A stretch of 64,000 nt of DNA from Thermoproteota archaeon. GTDB taxonomy: Archaea; Korarchaeota; JAOZGF01; JAOZFZ01. Shown one piece after another: positions 1 to 11,536 of this stretch. The position numbers and the translations under genes were made by a program. Numbering within the stretch: the first letter of the stretch is position 1; each line of letters opens with the position of its first letter. Where the stretch lies: the NCBI GenBank assembly GCA_027492035.1, contig JAOZFT010000032.1, forward strand, positions 1 through 64,000, in the 5' to 3' direction. The notes under the pieces were generated by a model, which did not search any database, was not told the origin of the DNA, and saw nothing but the letters and a program-made list of their open reading frames with translations.

Positions 1-264
1 TGTTTCAGGTTTCTCCCCAGTTACTTTCCCATATCCTTCCAAAATCCTGTTTAACCTTTCAACAATTACAGCGTACTTCTCAACTTCTGCGCTTTCCGCC
101 CTCCTAAACTTAAAAAGTTCTATTTCATCAATGGGGGTAATTTGTAATGAATCTGATTTCTCTATAACCTTTAGTAATTCTTTTTCTATTGATTTAGGTG
201 CTACAATAGTCACCTTCTCCATTGGTTCTTTCTTGTTTTTCTTCAAAGCTTCTTGGATTGACAT
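1..264 (-). CDS. atpI: A/V-type ATP synthase subunit I, N-terminal part (runs off window edge)
   Basis: Manual translation from ATG at 264 is open to position 1 (MSIQEALKKNKKEPMEKVTIVAPKSIEKELLKVIEK...). The 'PMEKVTIV' start is typical of subunit I, and the gene follows atpC. Not in the ORF track. Confidence 0.75.
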   Translation of the reverse strand, partial: MSIQEALKKNKKEPMEKVTIVAPKSIEKELLKVIEKSDSLQITPIDEIELFKFRRAESAEVEKYAVIVERLNRILEGYGKVTGEKPET

Positions 265-320
265 TTTTCAACACTTTCTCTGTATAAATTTGTTTTTTTC
301 AGGTAGTCAAGACTTCCTCC

Positions 321-1355
321 TTAAAATATTATCTTTTCTTTAACGCTTAAACCTCTAGCTTTAGAGTTGATGATCTTGACAAGGTTTTGTATCTCTATTT
401 CTTTCAGAATTAAGTAACCGAAAAGGAAACCTATTCCGAAATAGTCCTTTTCCATTAGTTCAATGGCTAAGTTCTCAAGTGCCCTCGTTACTGTGTCTTC
501 AATAAAACCTATCTCCCTTGTTTTTTCATATTCTTCGGCAGCTGTCTCCATCATTTTCCAATACTTAGCCGAGGAAAGGATTTTCAGGCTTTCTTGGGTT
601 GTTTTAGCTTTCAGCACCTTTTTTAACAATTCATCTCCTCGGAAAGGTATGATTAACTCTCTTATTTCTTTCTGTGTATACCCTGCACTTTTAAGTACAA
701 ATATAACCATTAAGTTTTTGAGGATAAAACGTGTTTTATAGTATCTTTCAGTTAGTTCTTTCTCTGTTCCGCTTAATCTAAGGGTTGTTTTGAACATTAC
801 TTCCCTGTAACTTTCTTCTAATGCTTTCTCAAAAAACAAGACCTGTTTTGTTTCTTCGTACTTTTCTAAGGCATTCTTTAAATTTTCACCGTAAATTGTC
901 AATTCTAGGTAATCAATTAACTGTTTAAGGTCTCTAGTTTTCGCTAATGCTTCAAAGTTTATGGTTGCCAGTCTTCTAGGGATTGGGATAAGGTATTGAA
1001 GGTCTTCTTTCCTGAAGGGTTTTCTCTTCGCTTTCCAAAGAATTATTTTCTTCAGGTTCTCAACTTCAAAAACTCTAGCGTAACTGTAAATTAAGTTTCT
1101 TAATTCTCCAACGGTGGCTGTTGAATAAAGCAAGTATACATGGTTTACCCAGTTCTGCATCAGCACTTTTTCAATTCTTGGAACTGTTAATTCCTCTCTC
1201 GGAAGTTTACTTAATTCCTCATCGTAATTTATTTTGATTAAGTAATCAATTACCTCCTCTAAGGTTTTGGTTTGTAGTAGTTTCTGGTAGTCTTCTCTTG
1301 TGAGAAGCCTTGTTTTTAGGCCGTGGGCCCTGTGGTATGTGTATTCTTCAGACAT
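321..1355 (-). CDS. atpC: A/V-type ATP synthase subunit C (AhaC/V0 d-like)
   Basis: 344 aa; 'RAHGLKTRLLTREDY' N-terminus and 'GYLILKEIEIQNL' C-terminus; operon context. Confidence 0.88.
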   Translation of the reverse strand: MSEEYTYHRAHGLKTRLLTREDYQKLLQTKTLEEVIDYLIKINYDEELSKLPREELTVPRIEKVLMQNWVNHVYLLYSTATVGELRNLIYSYARVFEVENLKKIILWKAKRKPFRKEDLQYLIPIPRRLATINFEALAKTRDLKQLIDYLELTIYGENLKNALEKYEETKQVLFFEKALEESYREVMFKTTLRLSGTEKELTERYYKTRFILKNLMVIFVLKSAGYTQKEIRELIIPFRGDELLKKVLKAKTTQESLKILSSAKYWKMMETAAEEYEKTREIGFIEDTVTRALENLAIELMEKDYFGIGFLFGYLILKEIEIQNLVKIINSKARGLSVKEKIIF

Positions 1356-1987
1356 TACTTAACAGCCTCTTTCCTTTCAATTATTCTCTTCACTTTCTTT
1401 GTCCGGAAAAATTCTTCTAGTTCCTGCTCTTCCAGCTTTTCCGAAATATATTTTATGGCTTTATCGTATTCAGGTATTATTATTTTGTCTATAGCGTTCA
1501 CTTTCCTGTTTACTTCTGATAAACTCACTGCTAACTTCTCAATTTTAGCTTCAAGAACTCCCACTTTTATGCTTTCCTTCAGTGCCTTACTCATTTCTTC
1601 CACAGGTTTTTTCAGTTTAATTGGTGAAAGGGGGTGGGTTATTTCCTCTTTCTCAACCAGTTTTATTTCAGGTATGAAGACCCCCATTAAGTTTTTAGGT
1701 TTAACATTTACTTCTAAAGCTCCTGCATTGGTTTCAGCTATACATTCGATCTCTGTTTCTCCCCAGGTTATGTAGGCGTTAAGTATTGCTGAGTAAGCTT
1801 TTGAAAGAGTTTCTTCAAGTTTTTCACGGTTCTTAGTCATTTCTCCAACCAATTTCCTTAGTTCTTTAGCTAAACTTTCTCTTTTATGTTTTAAAAGTTC
1901 ATTAGCTCCTTTAACGTATTCTCTCCTTTTCTTTAAAGCTAGTAATGCGCCTTTTGTTGGTTTTACTTTGCCGGTGAGTGAACTCAT
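1355..1987 (-). CDS. atpD: A/V-type ATP synthase subunit D
   Basis: 'VKPTKGALL...LLKHKRESL' and '[12 protein letters not shown]' motifs; coiled coil. Confidence 0.95.
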   Translation of the reverse strand: MSSLTGKVKPTKGALLALKKRREYVKGANELLKHKRESLAKELRKLVGEMTKNREKLEETLSKAYSAILNAYITWGETEIECIAETNAGALEVNVKPKNLMGVFIPEIKLVEKEEITHPLSPIKLKKPVEEMSKALKESIKVGVLEAKIEKLAVSLSEVNRKVNAIDKIIIPEYDKAIKYISEKLEEQELEEFFRTKKVKRIIERKEAVK

Positions 1988-3393
1988 CTCTCTTCCTCTA
2001 CTCTAACTTCTCTGGGGTAGTACTTCTCGATGTATTCCTCCTTTATCCTAATTAGTTCAGATTTAGGTATGACTGTAAGTATTTCCCACGCTATTTCAAG
2101 TGTTCTTTCAATTGTTCTGTTTTCATAGAACCCTTGGTTCAGAAATTTCTTTTCGAATTGGTTAGCGAATTCTAGGAAATATCTTTCTCTTTCACTTAAC
2201 CCCTTTTCTCCAATTATTCTTGCCAGGTCCCTTGATTTCACTCCTTCTGAGTAAGCTAAGTAAAGTTGATCTGAAACGTTTTTATGGTCTTCTCTTGTTT
2301 TTCCTTTCCCTATTCCTTTCTGCATTAAACGTGAAAGAGAGTCTAACACATTTATGGGTGGATATATTCCTTTGGCATCCAATTCCCTGCTTAAAACTAT
2401 TTGTCCCTCTGTTATGTACCCGGAAAGGTCAGGGATGGGGTGAGTTATGTCGTCGTCAGGCATTGTAAGTATGGGCATCTGGGTGATTGACCCTTTCTTT
2501 CCTTTCACTCTTCCCGCCCTTTCATAGATAGTTGCCAAGTCTGTGTAAAGGTAACCTGGGTACCCCTTCCTGCTCGGAACTTCTTCTCTGGCTGCACTTA
2601 TTTCTCTTAATGCTTCAGCGTAATTGGTCATGTCAGTGAGAATAACTAATACGTGCATGTTTTGGTCGAAAGCCAAGTATTCAGCTGCTGTTAAAGCTAT
2701 TCTTGGTGTAATTATTCTCTCTATAGTTGGGTCGTTAGCTAAGTTTAAGTAAACAACTGATCTTTCTAATGCTCCTGTGTCTTCGAATTCCTTTATGAAA
2801 AACCTTGCCTCTTCATTTTTTATTCCCATTGCGGCAAAGACTAAAGCAAATTCTTCTTCTTCGCCTAAAACAGTGGCTTGTCTAGCTATTTGAACAGCTA
2901 GTTTATTGTGAGGTAAGCCTGCACCTGAAAAGATGGGGAGTTTCTGCCCTCTTATTAAGGAGTTCATTCCATCTATCGCTGAAATCCCTGTCTGTATAAA
3001 GTCGTTCGGGTACTCTCTGGCTGAGGGGTTTAATGGTGCACCGTTTATGTCTCTTTTATCTTCAAACATTGGTTTAGGTCCGCCGTCAATTGGTTCACCT
3101 AAACCGTTAAACATTCTCCCTAGAAGCTCTATGGAAACAGGTGTTGTCATGGCTGTCCCTGTGAAGCGTACTGAAACTTTTTGAGTGTCTAAGCCTTCTG
3201 TTTCTCCGAATATTTGCACTATAGCGTAGTCTTTTGCTGCTTCAAGCACTCTTCCCGACCTTTTTGATCCGTCAGCCATTACTACTTCAACTACTTCGTC
3301 ATATCCTACACCTGAAACGTTTTCGATAACCATGAGGGAGCCTTTAACTTCCCTTACTCCTATGTAATGTAAACCTGCTGTTTCTAGGGTCAA
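1984..3393 (-). CDS. atpB: A/V-type ATP synthase subunit B
   Basis: '[16 protein letters not shown]', '[18 protein letters not shown]' and '[16 protein letters not shown]' motifs. Confidence 0.98.
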   Translation of the reverse strand: MTLETAGLHYIGVREVKGSLMVIENVSGVGYDEVVEVVMADGSKRSGRVLEAAKDYAIVQIFGETEGLDTQKVSVRFTGTAMTTPVSIELLGRMFNGLGEPIDGGPKPMFEDKRDINGAPLNPSAREYPNDFIQTGISAIDGMNSLIRGQKLPIFSGAGLPHNKLAVQIARQATVLGEEEEFALVFAAMGIKNEEARFFIKEFEDTGALERSVVYLNLANDPTIERIITPRIALTAAEYLAFDQNMHVLVILTDMTNYAEALREISAAREEVPSRKGYPGYLYTDLATIYERAGRVKGKKGSITQMPILTMPDDDITHPIPDLSGYITEGQIVLSRELDAKGIYPPINVLDSLSRLMQKGIGKGKTREDHKNVSDQLYLAYSEGVKSRDLARIIGEKGLSERERYFLEFANQFEKKFLNQGFYENRTIERTLEIAWEILTVIPKSELIRIKEEYIEKYYPREVRVEEER

Positions 3394-5159
3394 AGTATCA
3401 CCTCAACTTCTTTTTTAGCGAGTTGTTCAAGTTTATCTTTTATTTTTCTCCAAATTTCATCTATTTCTTCAGAAGTTTTCTTTTCTTTCATCCTCACTAA
3501 ACCCATTATTTCCCTTAAGCCTCTAAGGTCGTCTATGGAGACTCCTTTGCTTATTAATTTTTTAGCTTCCCTATAAAACTCCATAATTATACTTAACATT
3601 TTACTTTGTTTCCAGGGGAAACAGTAAGAATCCACTTCGCTGAACGCGTTCTGTGTTAAGAACCCTTCCTTAATAAGGTAAGCAGCTAAGAGAGTTAATT
3701 GCTGATCATCAGGCAATGCACTTTCACCTATAATCTTAGCTATTTCCTCTACTCTTGAAGCTTCTGTAAGTAAGCTAAGCATTTCTTCCCTGTCTCTGTA
3801 CCAGTTTGGGAACTGTTTCACCCACCAATCCTTCAAAATCTCCACGTATTGTGAATAACTTGTTATCCAGTTTATTGCTGGGAAGTGTCTCCTAAAAGCT
3901 AAGTCCTTGTCTAAAGCCCAAAAAACACTTATGAATCTTTTAGTGTGTTGGGTGACAGGTTCAGAAAAGTCTCCTCCAGGAGGGGACACAGCCCCCATAA
4001 TTGTGACAGAGCCTAATCTCTGCTGGCTTCCTAACAAAATAGCCCTTCCAGCTCTTTCATAGAACTCAGCTAACCTGGTTGGCAAATAAGCTGGGTACCC
4101 TCTTTCAGCAGGCATTTCTTCAAGTCTGCCTGAAATCTCCCTCAAGGCTTCAGCCCATCTAGAGGTTGAATCAGCCACTACAGCAACATCATATCCTTGG
4201 TCTCTATAATACTCTCCCAAAGTAACTCCCATGTAAATGCTTGCTTCTCTCGCAGCAACAGGCATGTTGCTAGTGTTAGCTATCAAAATTGTTCTTTTAA
4301 TTAATTTTTCGCCTGTTTTAGGGTCTGTTAATTCAGGGAACTCCTTCAGAACATCAGTCATTTCATTTCCTCTTTCACCGCACCCAATGTAAATAATTAC
4401 TTTTGCATCAGCCCATTTAGCTATTTGGTGAAGCATGACTGTTTTTCCTGTGCCAAATCCTCCAGGTATTGCCGCTGTTCCCCCTTTAGGTATAGGAAAT
4501 ACTGTGTCTATTATTCTTTGCCCTGTCAGTAAAGGTTCAACTAATCTAAGCCTTTCTTTTACTGGTCTAGGTATTCTGACAGGCCACTCTTGTTTCATGT
4601 ACAAATTCTTTCTTCCTTCTTTTGTCTGAATTACACCTATTGGGTCTTTAACAGTGAATTCTCCTTCATTTATTTCCTTTATTTCTCCTTTCATGAAGGG
4701 AGGTAGAAGTATAAAGTGTTGAACCAGGCTTGTTTCCTCTACTACCCCCAGTATATCTCCTCCTAAAACTTTATCTCCCTCCTTAACTGTGGGGGTAAAG
4801 AACCATTTCTTGTCTCTTAGAAGGGCTGGGATTGATACTCCTCTAGTTATTGTATAACCTGTTTTCTCTCTTATAACTTCTAGAGGTCTTTGAATGCCGT
4901 CATAAACCGAACTTATTAACCCCGGCCCTAATTCAGCCCTTAAAGGTTTTTTTGTTCTGTAGACTGGTTCACCTGGTTTTACTCCACTTGTGCTTTCATA
5001 AACCTGTATAACCGCTGTGTCTTTAGCTAACCTAATGATTTCACCTATAAATTTTCCTTCCCCCACATGTACAACTTCTCCTATTTCGGCACCTGCCATT
5101 TTACTTGCCCAAACAACAGGTCCAGAAACTTTATCTATAATCCCTATTTCTTCACTCAT
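3390..5159 (-). CDS. atpA: A/V-type ATP synthase subunit A
   Basis: Walker A 'GGFGTGKT', plus 'GCGERGNEM' and '[21 protein letters not shown]'. Likely start is ATG 5159 after GGAG (ORF track gives 5183). No intein. Confidence 0.98.
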   Translation of the reverse strand: MSEEIGIIDKVSGPVVWASKMAGAEIGEVVHVGEGKFIGEIIRLAKDTAVIQVYESTSGVKPGEPVYRTKKPLRAELGPGLISSVYDGIQRPLEVIREKTGYTITRGVSIPALLRDKKWFFTPTVKEGDKVLGGDILGVVEETSLVQHFILLPPFMKGEIKEINEGEFTVKDPIGVIQTKEGRKNLYMKQEWPVRIPRPVKERLRLVEPLLTGQRIIDTVFPIPKGGTAAIPGGFGTGKTVMLHQIAKWADAKVIIYIGCGERGNEMTDVLKEFPELTDPKTGEKLIKRTILIANTSNMPVAAREASIYMGVTLGEYYRDQGYDVAVVADSTSRWAEALREISGRLEEMPAERGYPAYLPTRLAEFYERAGRAILLGSQQRLGSVTIMGAVSPPGGDFSEPVTQHTKRFISVFWALDKDLAFRRHFPAINWITSYSQYVEILKDWWVKQFPNWYRDREEMLSLLTEASRVEEIAKIIGESALPDDQQLTLLAAYLIKEGFLTQNAFSEVDSYCFPWKQSKMLSIIMEFYREAKKLISKGVSIDDLRGLREIMGLVRMKEKKTSEEIDEIWRKIKDKLEQLAKKEVEVIL

Positions 5160-5865
5160 ACTCCTCCCCCTCCCCAAAAACAATTTTAAGGATGTTGTTT
5201 ATGAGGTCCTCCTTTATTGCTGTTATTTTTGATTCTAAAGTGTTTATGAACCTTTTACTTCCGTTCTTTGAAACAGCTATGAACCCCCCCACTGTTTCTA
5301 TTGGCTTTCCCATTTCTAAAGAGATGCCAGGATCTGTTTCTTTCATTTTTTCCATTACTATCTTTAACCCTTCCTTTCTCATCCACTCAGTGTCTCTTTT
5401 GTTCATTTGAAGTATTATTTCTGTGGTGTCCAGCTTCTTTATTGAATCCTCTACCCATTTAGTTAAAAGATTTATATATGCTTCACGGTCTTGGGTTATT
5501 TTTTCACTTATTTTAGCCAGTGCCCTCTCCAATATCCTTCTTGTTTCTTCTTCTCTTGCGAGTAAATATCTTCTATTTTCCTGCAGCCTTAACCTAGCCA
5601 GTTTAGCGTTTTCTCTTCCGATGAGCTCCTCTACTATTTTTTTCTTCCTTTCTTCCTTTATCTTTTCTGCTTTTTTCTTGGCTTCATTTACTATTTCACT
5701 GTATTTCTTATTTGTTTCTTGGATTACTTTCTCCATTTCTTTAACGGTTCTGTCCCTTATTTCGCTAAGAATTATTTTGGCTCCTTCAGGCAGTTCCTCC
5801 AGTTTTAACTCAGCGTTTAACTTGTTTTCAAACTTGTTTAAATTTAAAGGGAATTTTTCAGGCAT
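5152..5865 (-). CDS. atpE: A/V-type ATP synthase subunit E
   Basis: E/K-rich N-terminal helix and 'ETVGGFIAVS...INTLESKI' C-terminal domain; upstream of atpA. Confidence 0.88.
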   Translation of the reverse strand: MPEKFPLNLNKFENKLNAELKLEELPEGAKIILSEIRDRTVKEMEKVIQETNKKYSEIVNEAKKKAEKIKEERKKKIVEELIGRENAKLARLRLQENRRYLLAREEETRRILERALAKISEKITQDREAYINLLTKWVEDSIKKLDTTEIILQMNKRDTEWMRKEGLKIVMEKMKETDPGISLEMGKPIETVGGFIAVSKNGSKRFINTLESKITAIKEDLINNILKIVFGEGEEYE

Positions 5866-5871
5866 TTCCTT

Positions 5872-6189
5872 TTACTCCCTTAAAACAGTATCTAAAACAT
5901 ATCTTATGGCTTCTTCCTCTTTCTCTTTAAACTTCTTCCTCATTTCCTCTATTTTCTTGTCTGTTTCCCTTTTTATGTTTTCTTCCTCTTCTCTTATTCT
6001 CTTTTCCAGTTCTTTCTTTGCTTCTTCTTCTAAAGAAACTGTTTCAGCTTCCTTTATTATTTCTTCAGATTTTGAAAGGGCTTCGTCAATTGCTTTAGCA
6101 GCTTCTTTCTTTGTTTCCTCTAACATTTTCAAGATTTTCTCTTCATTTAAAACTAACGCATCTATTGCTTCATAACCTTGATTGAACAA
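5872..6189 (-). CDS. A-type ATP synthase subunit H/G (peripheral stalk)
   Basis: 105-aa highly charged E/K helix located between F and E. Confidence 0.7.
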   Translation of the reverse strand: MFNQGYEAIDALVLNEEKILKMLEETKKEAAKAIDEALSKSEEIIKEAETVSLEEEAKKELEKRIREEEENIKRETDKKIEEMRKKFKEKEEEAIRYVLDTVLRE

Positions 6190-6190
6190 T

Positions 6191-6511
6191 TTACATTTTC
6201 ACCTCCGCACCTACTCCTATACTTATTAAATCAATTAATTCCCTCCTTCTGTAACCTGGCGCTTCCCCAAATGAAGGAATGACAACTACTAATGGGGTTA
6301 ATCTTTTTTCATCAGCCCTTATCTTTCCTCTCTCTCTTTCAAGTATTTTAGCATGTTTCTCGCAAAGAATAACTATGCTGTACTCCCTTATGTTGACAAT
6401 TTTGTTGAAAGTGTTTTTAAGCTCTTTTTCTGTTCTCACTGGGAAACCAACTGCCCCTGCAACTTCAAAAGCTTTTACCCAATCCTTTTCCCCTATTACA
6501 GCCACTTTCAA
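6191..6511 (-). CDS. atpF: A/V-type ATP synthase subunit F
   Basis: 'KVAVIGEKDWVKAFEVAG' and 'PLVVVIPS' match subunit F. Confidence 0.9.
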   Translation of the reverse strand: MKVAVIGEKDWVKAFEVAGAVGFPVRTEKELKNTFNKIVNIREYSIVILCEKHAKILERERGKIRADEKRLTPLVVVIPSFGEAPGYRRRELIDLISIGVGAEVKM

Positions 6512-6569
6512 ATCCTAAACACCTCAAATTTTTAAACATCTTTTTCTACGGATTCACTACACAAAAGGT

Positions 6570-8063
6570 TCATCCTAAATTGGTTAATGCTGAAGCAGCT
6601 GTTTCGGCTAATTTAACAGGTGTTTCTGGGAATAAACCTATGACTATGCAAAGTATAGTTAAAACAATTATTGGGAGGGTTACAATTATTGAGTTTCTGT
6701 TTTTCACTGTTTTTTCCGGTTTACCGATCATTATTCTTTGGATAAGCCATAAATAATACCCTATGGAGAAAGCACTGTTTAACATGCCTATGGCTGCAAG
6801 TAGAGGTAAACCTGCCTCTATTGCACTTGTGAAAAGCATCCATTTACTCATAAACCCATTTAATGGCGGAACTCCACCTAGGGCAAGTAACGAAATAGAC
6901 AGACTCACCCCTATTAAGGGTGAAACCCTACCTGTTCCACTCAACTGGTTTATGTCCCTTGTATGAAACTGGTGAATAATAACTCCTGCAGCTAAGAAAG
7001 CAAGCCCCTTCATCACTGCATGGTTCAGTATGTGGAACAATGAACTTGTTAACCCGAACAGTGCAGTTTGAGCGTTTTTGCTGTAGACTGCTGCACTAAC
7101 CCCTATCAAGATGAAACCTACTTGTGTCACTGTACTACAGGCTAAAAGTCTTTTTATGTCTTTTTGAAGCAAAGCAGTTAAGTTTCCAATGGTCATTGTT
7201 AAAATAGATAAGACAACCAGTATCATCCCGTAATTGAAAACTTCAGGCTTAAAAACTGTGAAAAAAACCCTTAACAGAGCATAAATACCTGTTTTTATAA
7301 CAACTCCTGACAGAAGAGCACTTATGGGGGAAGGTGCAGCTGGGTGTGCATCAGGTAACCATGTATGGAAGGGAACAATTGAAGCCTTTATTCCAAAAGC
7401 CACGATCATCATGCCTAATGAAAGATAGAAGAGGGGAGGAGGTGAACCTGAAAAAGCAAGTTTTGTAAGATACTGAAGATTTAAAGTCCCTGTTAAACCG
7501 TAAATTAAAGCTATCGAGAAAAGATAAGTTGCTGACCCTGAAGAACTCATCACAAAATACTTTAAAGCTGCCTCAACAGGCTCCATTTCTTCTTTCCTGA
7601 AAGCAACTAAAACATAAGAGGAAATGGACATCATTTCCCAGAAAATAAATAGAGTGAATAGGTCCCCTGAAAAAGTTACACCAACCATTCCAGCAATCAT
7701 GGTTTGAACCAGCGTGTAGTAGGTAGTTAAGCCTGTGTCATGTTCCATGTAACGAATAGAGTAAAAAGTAGCTATCAAACCCATACCTAGAAAGAGAGTT
7801 GAAACATAAATTGTCAACATGTCTGCAAAAAACACTGTGTAAAACTGTTTACCTGTAACTTGCACGATTAAGTAGTCTTTGTAAATAAAGTAAATGGCTG
7901 CGATGAAACCTAAAGTAGCCCATACGCCGCTTAAATACTTAAACTTTATTTTCCTCCCTAAGTAATCAATTAAAGGAGTTAGTAACGCGAAAACTATTAA
8001 GGAAAGGAAAGGGTAAATCAAGTTTATGTTTTGGAAGTTTATCAATTCAAGCCACCCCTCCAA
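6570..8063 (-). CDS. nuoN: Complex I-like antiporter subunit N (NuoN/FpoN/MrpD-like)
   Basis: Multi-TM protein with 'FWEMMS', 'EAALKY', 'PFHTWLPDAHPAAPSPISALLSG' and 'GFMSKW'; last gene of the operon. Confidence 0.85.
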   Translation of the reverse strand: MEGWLELINFQNINLIYPFLSLIVFALLTPLIDYLGRKIKFKYLSGVWATLGFIAAIYFIYKDYLIVQVTGKQFYTVFFADMLTIYVSTLFLGMGLIATFYSIRYMEHDTGLTTYYTLVQTMIAGMVGVTFSGDLFTLFIFWEMMSISSYVLVAFRKEEMEPVEAALKYFVMSSSGSATYLFSIALIYGLTGTLNLQYLTKLAFSGSPPPLFYLSLGMMIVAFGIKASIVPFHTWLPDAHPAAPSPISALLSGVVIKTGIYALLRVFFTVFKPEVFNYGMILVVLSILTMTIGNLTALLQKDIKRLLACSTVTQVGFILIGVSAAVYSKNAQTALFGLTSSLFHILNHAVMKGLAFLAAGVIIHQFHTRDINQLSGTGRVSPLIGVSLSISLLALGGVPPLNGFMSKWMLFTSAIEAGLPLLAAIGMLNSAFSIGYYLWLIQRIMIGKPEKTVKNRNSIIVTLPIIVLTILCIVIGLFPETPVKLAETAASALTNLG

Positions 8064-9516
8064 TAAGGTTTATAAAGTTGTGGACATAGGGCACTATTAT
8101 CTTTAAAACAGGAGTTGGGTAAACTCCAAGCACCACAGCTAAAACAGTAAGTAAACCCATGGGTATCAGCATGGATAAAGGTGCATCTTTAACATTTGTT
8201 AAGTTTTCGGGTAATGGGCCAAAGTAAACTTTCCTAATCATCCAAAGCATGTAACCAACTGTCAAAGCTGTTGAAACAACCCCTATAATTGTCAAAAACG
8301 GGTGATGAGCCTGGAAACCCCCCTCAAAAATTAACCATTCACTTTGAAAACCATTTGTTGGAGGTGCACCTGCAATACCTAAAGCCCCAACTAAAGCAGC
8401 TGTTGCTGTCACAGGCATTTTGTCAGCTAAGCCGTTCAACTTGTCCATGTTCCTTAAACCTGTTTGGTAAGTAATTGCCCCAACTGTCATAAAGAGAAGC
8501 CCTTTACATATTCCATGGTTTACAATGTGGAAAACTGAACCTGTTAAGCCTTGGATTGAAACCATGCTTAACCCAAAAGTTATGTAACCCATTTGACTTA
8601 TGCTTGAGTAAGCAAGTAGTCTTTTCATGTCATCTTGAACTAAAGCCATGGCTCCACCGTAAATCATTGAAAACAAAGCTATTCCCGCCACTACATAAAC
8701 AAACTCAATCCATGTAGGTGCAAAAACAGTGACAACCATTCTCACCAAGGCGTAAGCCCCTATTTCACTCATCACTCCACTCAACAACACGCTTATAGGT
8801 GTAGGTGCTTCTGCGTAAGCGTCAGGCAGCCATGTATGGAAGGGGAATAAACCCATTTTGAAAGCAAAGCCTAAGAAAAGCAGGGTGGCTATCAAGGTTT
8901 GTGCAGACCTTTGAAGCAGAGAAACCTGGGTAGGTAAATCTGAAATTGTGAAAGTGTGGGTTGGGGTTAAAACATAAATTGAAAGTATGCCGAACAATAT
9001 AGCTATGGCCCCTACATGTGTGAAAAGGAAGTATTTGAAAGCCACTTTCTTGGCTTCCTTGTACCCCCATTCAGCAATTAAGAAATAGGAAGGAACAAGC
9101 ATTAACTCCCAGAACAAATAGAATTGGAGAAGGTTTGTTGATAACACTACACCAAGCATTCCTGCAACGTAAAGGACATATAAAGCAAAATATGAACCGT
9201 ATTCTCCCCCGTAATCAGAGTAATTTATTGAGTAAATTGCTGTAATGGTCCCTAAAAAGGTGATCATTAAAGCTGGAGCAGCGCTTAAACCATCAACTAA
9301 TAACCCGAAATTGAAGAAGTCAGTCCAACGGTATGTTTCAAGAATAGTTCCTCCATAGAAAACCTTAATGGAGGAAAGTACAATGATTGCTGTCGATACA
9401 GCTAATGGAATAAAGGCTAACCAGCTTGTTTTTCTCTTCAGTTTCCCACCTAAGAAGTAAATTATAGGTGATGCTAAAACAGGAAGAATCACTGAAACAA
9501 GTAATAAATTATCCAT
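8047..9516 (-). CDS. nuoM: Complex I-like subunit M
   Basis: 'FWELMLVPSYFLI', 'KMGLFPFHTWLPDAYAEAPTP' and 'GFQSEW' motifs. Confidence 0.9.
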   Translation of the reverse strand: MDNLLLVSVILPVLASPIIYFLGGKLKRKTSWLAFIPLAVSTAIIVLSSIKVFYGGTILETYRWTDFFNFGLLVDGLSAAPALMITFLGTITAIYSINYSDYGGEYGSYFALYVLYVAGMLGVVLSTNLLQFYLFWELMLVPSYFLIAEWGYKEAKKVAFKYFLFTHVGAIAILFGILSIYVLTPTHTFTISDLPTQVSLLQRSAQTLIATLLFLGFAFKMGLFPFHTWLPDAYAEAPTPISVLLSGVMSEIGAYALVRMVVTVFAPTWIEFVYVVAGIALFSMIYGGAMALVQDDMKRLLAYSSISQMGYITFGLSMVSIQGLTGSVFHIVNHGICKGLLFMTVGAITYQTGLRNMDKLNGLADKMPVTATAALVGALGIAGAPPTNGFQSEWLIFEGGFQAHHPFLTIIGVVSTALTVGYMLWMIRKVYFGPLPENLTNVKDAPLSMLIPMGLLTVLAVVLGVYPTPVLKIIVPYVHNFINLIGGVA

Positions 9517-9523
9517 TTCATTT

Positions 9524-11536
9524 TCACCCTAAAACCCAGTAAAAAACAATGAAGAGGAACCCTAACAATATAAGGATCATGTTCCAACTTAGAACCCCTG
9601 TCTGAATTCTCCTGAATACGTTTGAAAACCATTTGCCCACGTCAGCTATGAAGTAATTGAATTGATCAATTTCATACTCTAACGTTCTAAAGATTAATCT
9701 AGATAAACCAATTACGCCGTACACAAAGACTTTATAGTAGAAAGAGTTAATGTACCATCTGTTCCAGAGGAAGGTATACAGTCCCTTAAGTATAGTTGAT
9801 TTTTTAATTAGTTCAAGGGGTGAAGCTGTTCTTGAAACGTAGAGGAAGTAAGCCGGCACCCCACCTAAAACAAGAACTATTATAGTGACTATGAAAGTGG
9901 GTGAAGTGAAGGTTTCAGTTGCAAAAGTAGGTAAACTAGTTATCTCCACATGTGGAAGCACAGGTGAGAAGAACCCTTGGAGGAACGGTTGAAAAGCTCC
10001 ACCTATAAGGGTAAAGAAGGCTAACACAATTAGAGGCACCCACATAATGGGTGAGGGGTCACGTATGTGGTGCCCCTCCTTCTCCAGTTCTTTTACATGT
10101 TCACTTTCTTCACCTAGGAAAGTCATCCCTATCATTCTTATGCTGTAAAAGAAGGTGAAGGCAGCTGTAACTGCTGCAACAATTAAAAGCGGAATGTGGT
10201 TGGTTAAGTAACAAGCGTGGAATATTGTTTCTTTGCTCCAAAAACCTGCGAAAGGGGGTATTCCTGAAAGGGATAAAGCACCTATAAGCATTACCGTGAA
10301 AGTGATAGGCATCTTACCTTTTATTCCACCCATTTCATCCATGTAAATTGTTTCAGTGGCGTGAAGTACAGCTCCTGCTCCAAGGAAAAGTAACGCCTTG
10401 AAAATAGCGTGGCTCATTAAATGGAAAACACCTGCTGAGTAACCAGCTACGAACTCTTTTGAAGCCTCAAAAGCCAACCCTCCAACACCCAAGGCAAGCA
10501 TCATATACCCTATCTGCGAAACCGTGGAGTAAGCTAAAACCTTCTTTAATTGACGTGAAACCATGGCTATTGACCCTGCAAGGAAAGCTGTGAAACCACC
10601 AATCCATGCAACTGTTAAAAAGAATGGTTGAATAGCTTCAAAAGCTAAAGCATGAGACACATAAGCTGCATAGAATATTAAACTGACCCTTGCCACAAGG
10701 TAAACTCCAGCTTTCACCATTGTAGCTGCATGAATTAGGGCGCTTACTGTTGTCGGGCCAGCCATAGCTTCAGGCAGCCATACATGTAAAGGAAACTGAG
10801 CTGATTTACCAATAGGTCCTAAAAACAAAAGTAACGTTGTTAAGGTTAGTAACCCTGCGGAAGTTAATTGCCCAAGCCACTGGAAATTCCTTTGTAGTTC
10901 CATGAAGTTAAATGTTCCAGAGTAAAGGTAAATAATAAGCATTGCAGCAAGTAAGCCAACGTCTCCAACTCTTGTTGTAACAAAGGCTTTCATTCCGCAA
11001 TGTGAAGGAGGATATATCCCCAGCCAATGTTTCTTTTCATCGCGGTACCAGAAACCAATTAACGCGTAACTGCATAAGCCTACCCCCTCCCACCCAATAT
11101 ATAACTGCAAGAAATTGTCTGATAAAACCAAGAGAACCATTGAACTTATGAAGAAGTTCATGAAGAACCAGTACCTCATCTTACAAGGGTCTTCCCGCAT
11201 GTACTCAAGGGAGTAAAACATTATCAGGAACCCTATATCCGCAGCAATGTTAGCCATGAACACGCTTAAGGGATCAATTAATACTCCTGCTTTTATGTTT
11301 AAAAGCCAAGGAATTTGCCAATCGAAAGGGATACCGTGCTTTACGCCATTAATAATTACGTTTCCTGACAAGACGTCAGGTATCATTGAAAGAGCTGATG
11401 CAGCAGCTGCAAATGAAAAGAAAACTTCTAAGTAATTCATTACTCTCTCGCTTATTTTATTTAATAAAGGAGAAAGTATGGCTCCTATAGCCGGAACAAA
11501 AATCGCTAACCAAGGAGCATATGGAAGCATCACCAT
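9524..11536 (-). CDS. nuoL: Complex I-like subunit L
   Basis: 'GWEGVGLCSYALIGFW' and 'GKSAQFPLHVWLPEAMAGPTTVSALIHAATMVKAG'; long C-terminal helix. Confidence 0.95.
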   Translation of the reverse strand: MVMLPYAPWLAIFVPAIGAILSPLLNKISERVMNYLEVFFSFAAAASALSMIPDVLSGNVIINGVKHGIPFDWQIPWLLNIKAGVLIDPLSVFMANIAADIGFLIMFYSLEYMREDPCKMRYWFFMNFFISSMVLLVLSDNFLQLYIGWEGVGLCSYALIGFWYRDEKKHWLGIYPPSHCGMKAFVTTRVGDVGLLAAMLIIYLYSGTFNFMELQRNFQWLGQLTSAGLLTLTTLLLFLGPIGKSAQFPLHVWLPEAMAGPTTVSALIHAATMVKAGVYLVARVSLIFYAAYVSHALAFEAIQPFFLTVAWIGGFTAFLAGSIAMVSRQLKKVLAYSTVSQIGYMMLALGVGGLAFEASKEFVAGYSAGVFHLMSHAIFKALLFLGAGAVLHATETIYMDEMGGIKGKMPITFTVMLIGALSLSGIPPFAGFWSKETIFHACYLTNHIPLLIVAAVTAAFTFFYSIRMIGMTFLGEESEHVKELEKEGHHIRDPSPIMWVPLIVLAFFTLIGGAFQPFLQGFFSPVLPHVEITSLPTFATETFTSPTFIVTIIVLVLGGVPAYFLYVSRTASPLELIKKSTILKGLYTFLWNRWYINSFYYKVFVYGVIGLSRLIFRTLEYEIDQFNYFIADVGKWFSNVFRRIQTGVLSWNMILILLGFLFIVFYWVLG

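Noticed and set aside
3390-5183. Possible intein in AtpA
   Set aside because: The length is normal and the sequence is continuous through Walker A.
5423-6175. 250-aa plus-strand ORF rich in Ser/Phe/Leu
   Set aside because: Antisense shadow of the Glu/Lys-rich atpE and atpH genes; no independent coding signal.
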